The notes under the pieces: generated by a model
Database searches by the model: none
What the model was told of the DNA's origin: nothing
The model's input: the letters and a program-made list of their open reading frames with translations, nothing else
NCBI RefSeq assembly: GCF_018398935.1
Contig: NZ_CP074694.1
Span: 2,610,001 to 2,642,000 of the forward strand
Direction of reading: 5' to 3'
DNA length: 32,000 nt
Origin: Telmatocola sphagniphila
GTDB lineage: Bacteria; Planctomycetota; Planctomycetia; Gemmatales; Gemmataceae
Made by a program: the position numbers and the translations under genes
Shown here: positions 27,821-32,000 of the stretch, piece after piece
Layout of the letters: every line of letters starts with the position of its first letter
Numbering within the stretch: position 1 is the stretch's first letter

Positions 27821-28814
27821 ACCTCCCAGGGAATCGGAATGGCGGCACGATTACCTCACTGACAGAAAGGTCATTATTGCCGGTAATCGCTCCAATCGCC
27901 CCGGCGCCTATTCTCAGAAGATGAGTTTTGAATCGATCGCCCGATGCCCTTTTTGTCACGGTAACGAAGCCGATAGCCCACTTCAGCTCCATAGAGCTCG
28001 TTTGAAAAATTCTCGGACGGATTGGGATGTTCGGGTTGTAACGAACCTCTACCCCGCATTGGAAGCCTCCTCCGTAAAAGGGTACGGCCGGCACGAAGTA
28101 GTGATTGAAGCGGCCTCCCACACGACACAATTCGCCGGTCTGTCGCCGGAACAGATCTTCCTCGTATCGCAAGTTTGGCAGGAGCGGCTCAAAGAGCTCT
28201 CGCAGGTGTCCGGGATCAAAGACATCCTACTCTTCAAAAATAATGGCCCAGCGGCTGGGGCATCCTTGCAGCACATCCACTCCCAGATTCTGGCCATGGA
28301 TTTGGTGCCTGCTTCTAAGAAACTGGAATTAGCACAAGCTCTGGCTTATTGGAAAGCGAACGCAGGCAAAAATTACTTCACGCATTGGAGAGAAGAAGAA
28401 ACCATGGTTGCACACCGAGTGATTACCGATGGTTCCTTTTTCAGCTTCTGCCCCTACGCCAGCCGTGCTCCTTATGAGATCTGCATTTTACCGAGGCGAG
28501 TCCAACCCTTTTTCACGGGAGTCGATCCGGAAGAATTGCTCGAACTGAGTGTTCTACTAAAAGACCTGCTGGAAGCGCTCGGCCGAAATCTAAACGATCC
28601 CGATTACAACCTGGTACTCCATCAGAGTCCCGTCCAAGCGGGAGTACTCCCCTACTACAGCTGGCGATTAGAGATCATTCCCCGCTTGACCGTTGAAGCC
28701 GGGTTCGAATTGGGCACCGGCTATGCGATCAACAGCATGCCCCCCGAACTAGCCGCGCAGCAAATTCGAGAGTGGCTTTCTAATGCTCAGGAAACGAAGA
28801 TACCATTAGTGTAA
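27810..28814 (+). CDS. GalT/HIT-superfamily nucleotidyltransferase or phosphorylase (Gal-1-P uridylyltransferase-like; possible ADP-glucose phosphorylase)
   Basis: CPFCHGNE zinc knuckle and the HIHSQ (HxHxQ) nucleotidyl-histidine motif. The ATG overlaps the glgA 3' end by 11 nt. Confidence 0.8.
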   Translation: MESEPPRESEWRHDYLTDRKVIIAGNRSNRPGAYSQKMSFESIARCPFCHGNEADSPLQLHRARLKNSRTDWDVRVVTNLYPALEASSVKGYGRHEVVIEAASHTTQFAGLSPEQIFLVSQVWQERLKELSQVSGIKDILLFKNNGPAAGASLQHIHSQILAMDLVPASKKLELAQALAYWKANAGKNYFTHWREEETMVAHRVITDGSFFSFCPYASRAPYEICILPRRVQPFFTGVDPEELLELSVLLKDLLEALGRNLNDPDYNLVLHQSPVQAGVLPYYSWRLEIIPRLTVEAGFELGTGYAINSMPPELAAQQIREWLSNAQETKIPLV

Positions 28815-30619
28815 TTGTTATCGAAGCTGCTGAAACTGTAGAGCAACTGCGGATTGCCACTGGTAATCGTCGATCCCTTGAACACGCGAACGATTGGATT
28901 TCCGGAAGGTCCGGTGGCCGTAATCACTTCCGCTTTACCGTCTCCATCGAGATCCTCGGCGGCAACTCGAACACCAGAGGAAGTGTTGAGACCACCCGCG
29001 AGGAAACTCGCCACGGTTGATCCATCACTCCCGCTGAAAACCTTGACGTGTTGTGCAGGACCAGAACCGGCCCCAGTAATAATGTCTGCTCGGCCATCAC
29101 CGTTCACATCGGCTGCCGCAACGTAAACGCCTCCCAGAAAGCCTTGGTCGTAGGCATAGAAGCTTTGAAGCAGATTGTTGGTTACTCCATCGAATACAAC
29201 CACGTGCGGCGGGCCGTTGGAATAGACCGAGGCGATGACGTCCGCTCGGCCATCACCGTTCACATCGGCTGCCGCAACATTAATTCCCCCCGTAAACGTT
29301 GGCAAAAACGCATCGAAGCTTCGGATCACGGCATTCGTCGCGCCATCGAAAACTTCAACATGCGGATCCGAACCGCCTAGAGTTCCCGTGATAATGTCGG
29401 CTTTTCCGTCGCCGTTTATATCTCCCGCGGCGATCGAAATTCCTCCTACGAAACTCGGAGCATAAGCATAAAAGCTTCGAATCAGAGCGCCGGTCTGCCC
29501 ATCGAACACCTCAACATGGGGACCTGCCCCGGGACCGGCCGCCACGATCAAATCGTCATAGCCGTCGCCGTTCACATCCCCCGTGGCAATCCGCACACCC
29601 CCTTGATAATTCTGAAAGACTGTGAGTACAAATCTCAGCGAACCATCGGTGTTGTAAACGGATACTCGGGCGTCACTCCCTGGACCGCCGGAGACCGCAA
29701 ACATTTTTTTGGTGGGAGGATTCGAAGAAGTACCTCCACCGCTACCTGAAGACGGTGTGATTTGCCAGCCTATGTCTTCCAGTGCGGCCTGATCGAGCAG
29801 CGTGAAATGCGTTTGGACTCCAGCCGAGATGACTGGGTCCATCAGGGCCTGTACGCCATCCGAGGTGACCCCGGGGGCCCAGTGAGCCAGATCACTATTC
29901 AGAGGAACATGGCCTCCATACACAGCAGACGCCGCAGTACCGACAAAATCGCCGCCCGATACTTTGTTCGACCAGGACTGACTCAATCCCAATCCGAGAA
30001 TATGTCCTAATTCGTGCGATGCAACGGAGAAAAAATCGTATTGATTCGACTGAATCGGTACACCGGAGTTATTGAAATACCAGCCCCCACCGCCCGGGTT
30101 GGATTCGAATGAAATCGAACCTCCCCATGGCCCATAATCTGTAGCATTAGGCCCCGTTGCATTAGCCTGCCCTCGCGCGGCGATGGTATCGAACCAGGAC
30201 TGCGTGCCCGATGCGGAATACCCTCCTGAACCGCCTAACCCAAGTTCGGAGGAATTCAGATTCCTAGCCCCCACAAAAATTACCAGTGTGTTTGCTAGAA
30301 CCGAGAGATTCGCTAACTGAGTTGAATCCCCGGTGGCAGGATTGAAGAAGGAAGCGGACCAAGTATTTGTGCCACTCGGTGAAATGGCCGACAGCTGATC
30401 GCCCAATTTCGAACCGATGGCATCGGCAGCAGCCTGTAAATCTGCTCGCTTCGCCGCGGTGTTGAAGAAATTGGACGTGTCGTATCGATAGTCGAAAACG
30501 ATGTTAATTGCAGGCAATTCTCGAGATTCCAGACTCTCGACATGCAATTTATTTCTCGTTTTATGGGTTCGATTCTCCGAAATGCCCTCCGGACGCCACC
30601 AACTTCGAATTCGCTTCAT
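28787..30619 (-). CDS. Secreted zinc-metalloprotease-like domain fused to FG-GAP/VCBS repeats
   Basis: Leader with LHVESLESRELPA. HELGHILGLG (HExxH). At least 5 repeats of the GDVNGDG[RK]ADI...PHV.VFDG type. ATG at 30619 is preferred to the TTG at 30646. Confidence 0.85.
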   Translation of the reverse strand: MKRIRSWWRPEGISENRTHKTRNKLHVESLESRELPAINIVFDYRYDTSNFFNTAAKRADLQAAADAIGSKLGDQLSAISPSGTNTWSASFFNPATGDSTQLANLSVLANTLVIFVGARNLNSSELGLGGSGGYSASGTQSWFDTIAARGQANATGPNATDYGPWGGSISFESNPGGGGWYFNNSGVPIQSNQYDFFSVASHELGHILGLGLSQSWSNKVSGGDFVGTAASAVYGGHVPLNSDLAHWAPGVTSDGVQALMDPVISAGVQTHFTLLDQAALEDIGWQITPSSGSGGGTSSNPPTKKMFAVSGGPGSDARVSVYNTDGSLRFVLTVFQNYQGGVRIATGDVNGDGYDDLIVAAGPGAGPHVEVFDGQTGALIRSFYAYAPSFVGGISIAAGDINGDGKADIITGTLGGSDPHVEVFDGATNAVIRSFDAFLPTFTGGINVAAADVNGDGRADVIASVYSNGPPHVVVFDGVTNNLLQSFYAYDQGFLGGVYVAAADVNGDGRADIITGAGSGPAQHVKVFSGSDGSTVASFLAGGLNTSSGVRVAAEDLDGDGKAEVITATGPSGNPIVRVFKGSTITSGNPQLLYSFSSFDNNYTNGIFVS

Positions 30620-30738
30620 CAGTTCACCCAATCTCTTATTGCCCAATAGCTTTGCAAGGCCGATAGTTCATAATTAAATACTGAGAGCTCCGATTCTAAG
30701 GCATACCAGATATCTGGCACAAGAGTTAGTGGAACAGC

Positions 30739-31380
30739 ATGAGCATCCGAATCGGTATTTTCGGGGGCACCTTCGATCCCATCCATCTCGCTCACTTATT
30801 AATCGCGGAGCAATGCCGGGAACAAGCGAGGTTGGAAAAAATTCTTTTTATCCCCTCTGCAGTTCCCCCTCACAAGACTCTGACGAATATCAGCAGTTTT
30901 TCGGACCGGGCCAGGATGGTAGAACTGGCAATCGCTGGAAATTCCCGATTCGAAATCGATCTCCTCGAATCTAACCGAAGCGGCCCCAGTTATACACTCG
31001 ATACTTTGACGGAGCTCCATGCTTCCCATCCCGATTGGGACATTCACTTTATTATTGGTGCAGATGGAATTCTTGATCTGCCGGGTTGGCATAAGCCCCG
31101 CGAAATTCTGATGAAATGTCAGCTTTGCATCGTCAATCGACCCGGATTTCCGGACGTCGATATACCCGCCCTGAGTCGTCAGCTCAATACGGAGATAGAG
31201 GATGTCAAATTTTCTATTGTTAGTGTAGCACAGTTGGACATCGCCAGCCGGGATATCAGGGCTCTTCACAAAAAAGGAGCAAGCATCCGATATATGGTTC
31301 CGGACAGCGTGCGGAATTGGATTGTGGAACGAGGGCTCTACTCAGAAACCAAAGAACTTGGATCAACCGAACAGAAGTAG
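30739..31380 (+). CDS. nadD: Nicotinate-nucleotide adenylyltransferase
   Basis: IGIFGGTFDPIHLAHLLIAEQ (HxGH-type motif), ...PPHK..., SYTLDTL, ISSRDIR-like IASRDIR. Confidence 0.92.
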   Translation: MSIRIGIFGGTFDPIHLAHLLIAEQCREQARLEKILFIPSAVPPHKTLTNISSFSDRARMVELAIAGNSRFEIDLLESNRSGPSYTLDTLTELHASHPDWDIHFIIGADGILDLPGWHKPREILMKCQLCIVNRPGFPDVDIPALSRQLNTEIEDVKFSIVSVAQLDIASRDIRALHKKGASIRYMVPDSVRNWIVERGLYSETKELGSTEQK

Positions 31381-31872
31381 GAGATTCCAGGGTAATTCTT
31401 TTTCAAACTGGCAGCCGATCTCGAAGTAATCTCCGATTTCGCGGCAATTGCGTACGACGATGGGGATCCAGGGAACTTCTTCGGAACAATTCTGAGGCCG
31501 CACCTGAGCGGTGCTTCCTATGGGAATCGCCTTCTGAATGGCTATTCGAATGCCTCCCGTCGAACGATCCAGCACATAAGCATCCATCGGCCGACGAGCC
31601 TGAAGAGGATCGACGACGGAGATCGGAGTGGGAACTCCGCCGCGTCGGACCGATTTTCTTTTCTCATCGGTGCGTCGAACGGCACTATTCCAATTCGTCG
31701 GTGGGAGAAAATTGCTATCTGCGTTCGAGCCGCCCCCGGAAAGTAAGTAACGGGACGGACGTCGGCTACGAATGACAAAGAACATGACGACAGCAAGAAA
31801 TGCTCCAGCCGCCAGCCATACGGATGGGTCGGAGAGAGAAAGCTCAGAGAATAACTTCACGAGATCGGACAT
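31363..31872 (-). CDS. Single-TM PilZ domain protein (putative c-di-GMP receptor)
   Basis: TM WLAAGAFLAVVMFFVI. RKSVRR (RxxxR) followed 20 aa later by DRSTGGIRI (DxSxxG). Its 3' end overlaps nadD by 18 nt. Confidence 0.7.
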   Translation of the reverse strand: MSDLVKLFSELSLSDPSVWLAAGAFLAVVMFFVIRSRRPSRYLLSGGGSNADSNFLPPTNWNSAVRRTDEKRKSVRRGGVPTPISVVDPLQARRPMDAYVLDRSTGGIRIAIQKAIPIGSTAQVRPQNCSEEVPWIPIVVRNCREIGDYFEIGCQFEKELPWNLLLLFG

Positions 31873-32000
31873 TAATGAATCTCATCTAACACTCGGTCGT
31901 TCAACTTTTGGACGTAAACTGCCTGTTTGCAAGAATTCTATCGATAAGATTTCAATAATAAGCTCGGGGTGTCAACTCCATTTTGACGCAAGCATTGAAT

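Noticed and set aside
28854-29749. Series of 76-110-aa + strand ORFs
   Set aside because: They are antisense frames of the repetitive FG-GAP gene. Their repetitiveness simply mirrors the FG-GAP repeats.
1-32000. Search for CRISPR arrays, rRNA, retron/DGR-type repeats
   Set aside because: Reading both strands, I saw no regularly spaced direct repeats with unique spacers, no rRNA-like sequence, and no reverse transcriptase. The only repeats found are the IS-related and intergenic motifs reported above.

Overview
This window looks like Planctomycetota chromosomal DNA. The markers are an overlapping DUF1549/DUF1553 + DUF1501 gene pair, a DUF1559 H-X9-DG pseudopilin-like protein, an ESLESRELPA-type leader on a secreted FG-GAP protein, and an ISAzo13 (Rhodopirellula-type DDE) transposase. 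Two GC-richer blocks carry ordinary genes. The first (1-6.8 kb) holds a membrane protein, DUF1549/1553, DUF1501 and a Ser/Thr kinase. The second (20.7-32 kb) holds fumC, tRNA-Gln(CTG), a Uma2 nuclease, DUF3052, a DegT aminotransferase, a GT2, glgA, a GalT-like enzyme, an FG-GAP metalloprotease, nadD and a PilZ protein. Between them lies a visibly AT-rich, mosaic accessory island of about 11.6 kb (roughly 9033-20650). The island begins at an intact ISAzo13 copy. It contains remnants of at least three other IS types: an IS66 fragment, an IS3 fragment, and a 676-bp rve-type element present as two direct copies plus one solo 104-bp end. It also holds a relic plasmid/ICE-type partition cassette, made of parA, a parG-like gene truncated by the 676-bp element, and an 8-bp-periodic TTGA box array. 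The rest of the island is orphan genes. The most interesting unit is a translationally coupled pair at 14166-15346: a MauE-like (SCGC motif) membrane protein followed by a signal-peptide-bearing 12-cysteine mini-protein. A possible orphan immunity gene with the stub of a 5'-truncated upstream partner sits at 9196-9951. No CRISPR array, rRNA or intact integrase was seen. All family assignments come from motif recognition by eye; no HMM or BLAST search could be run.
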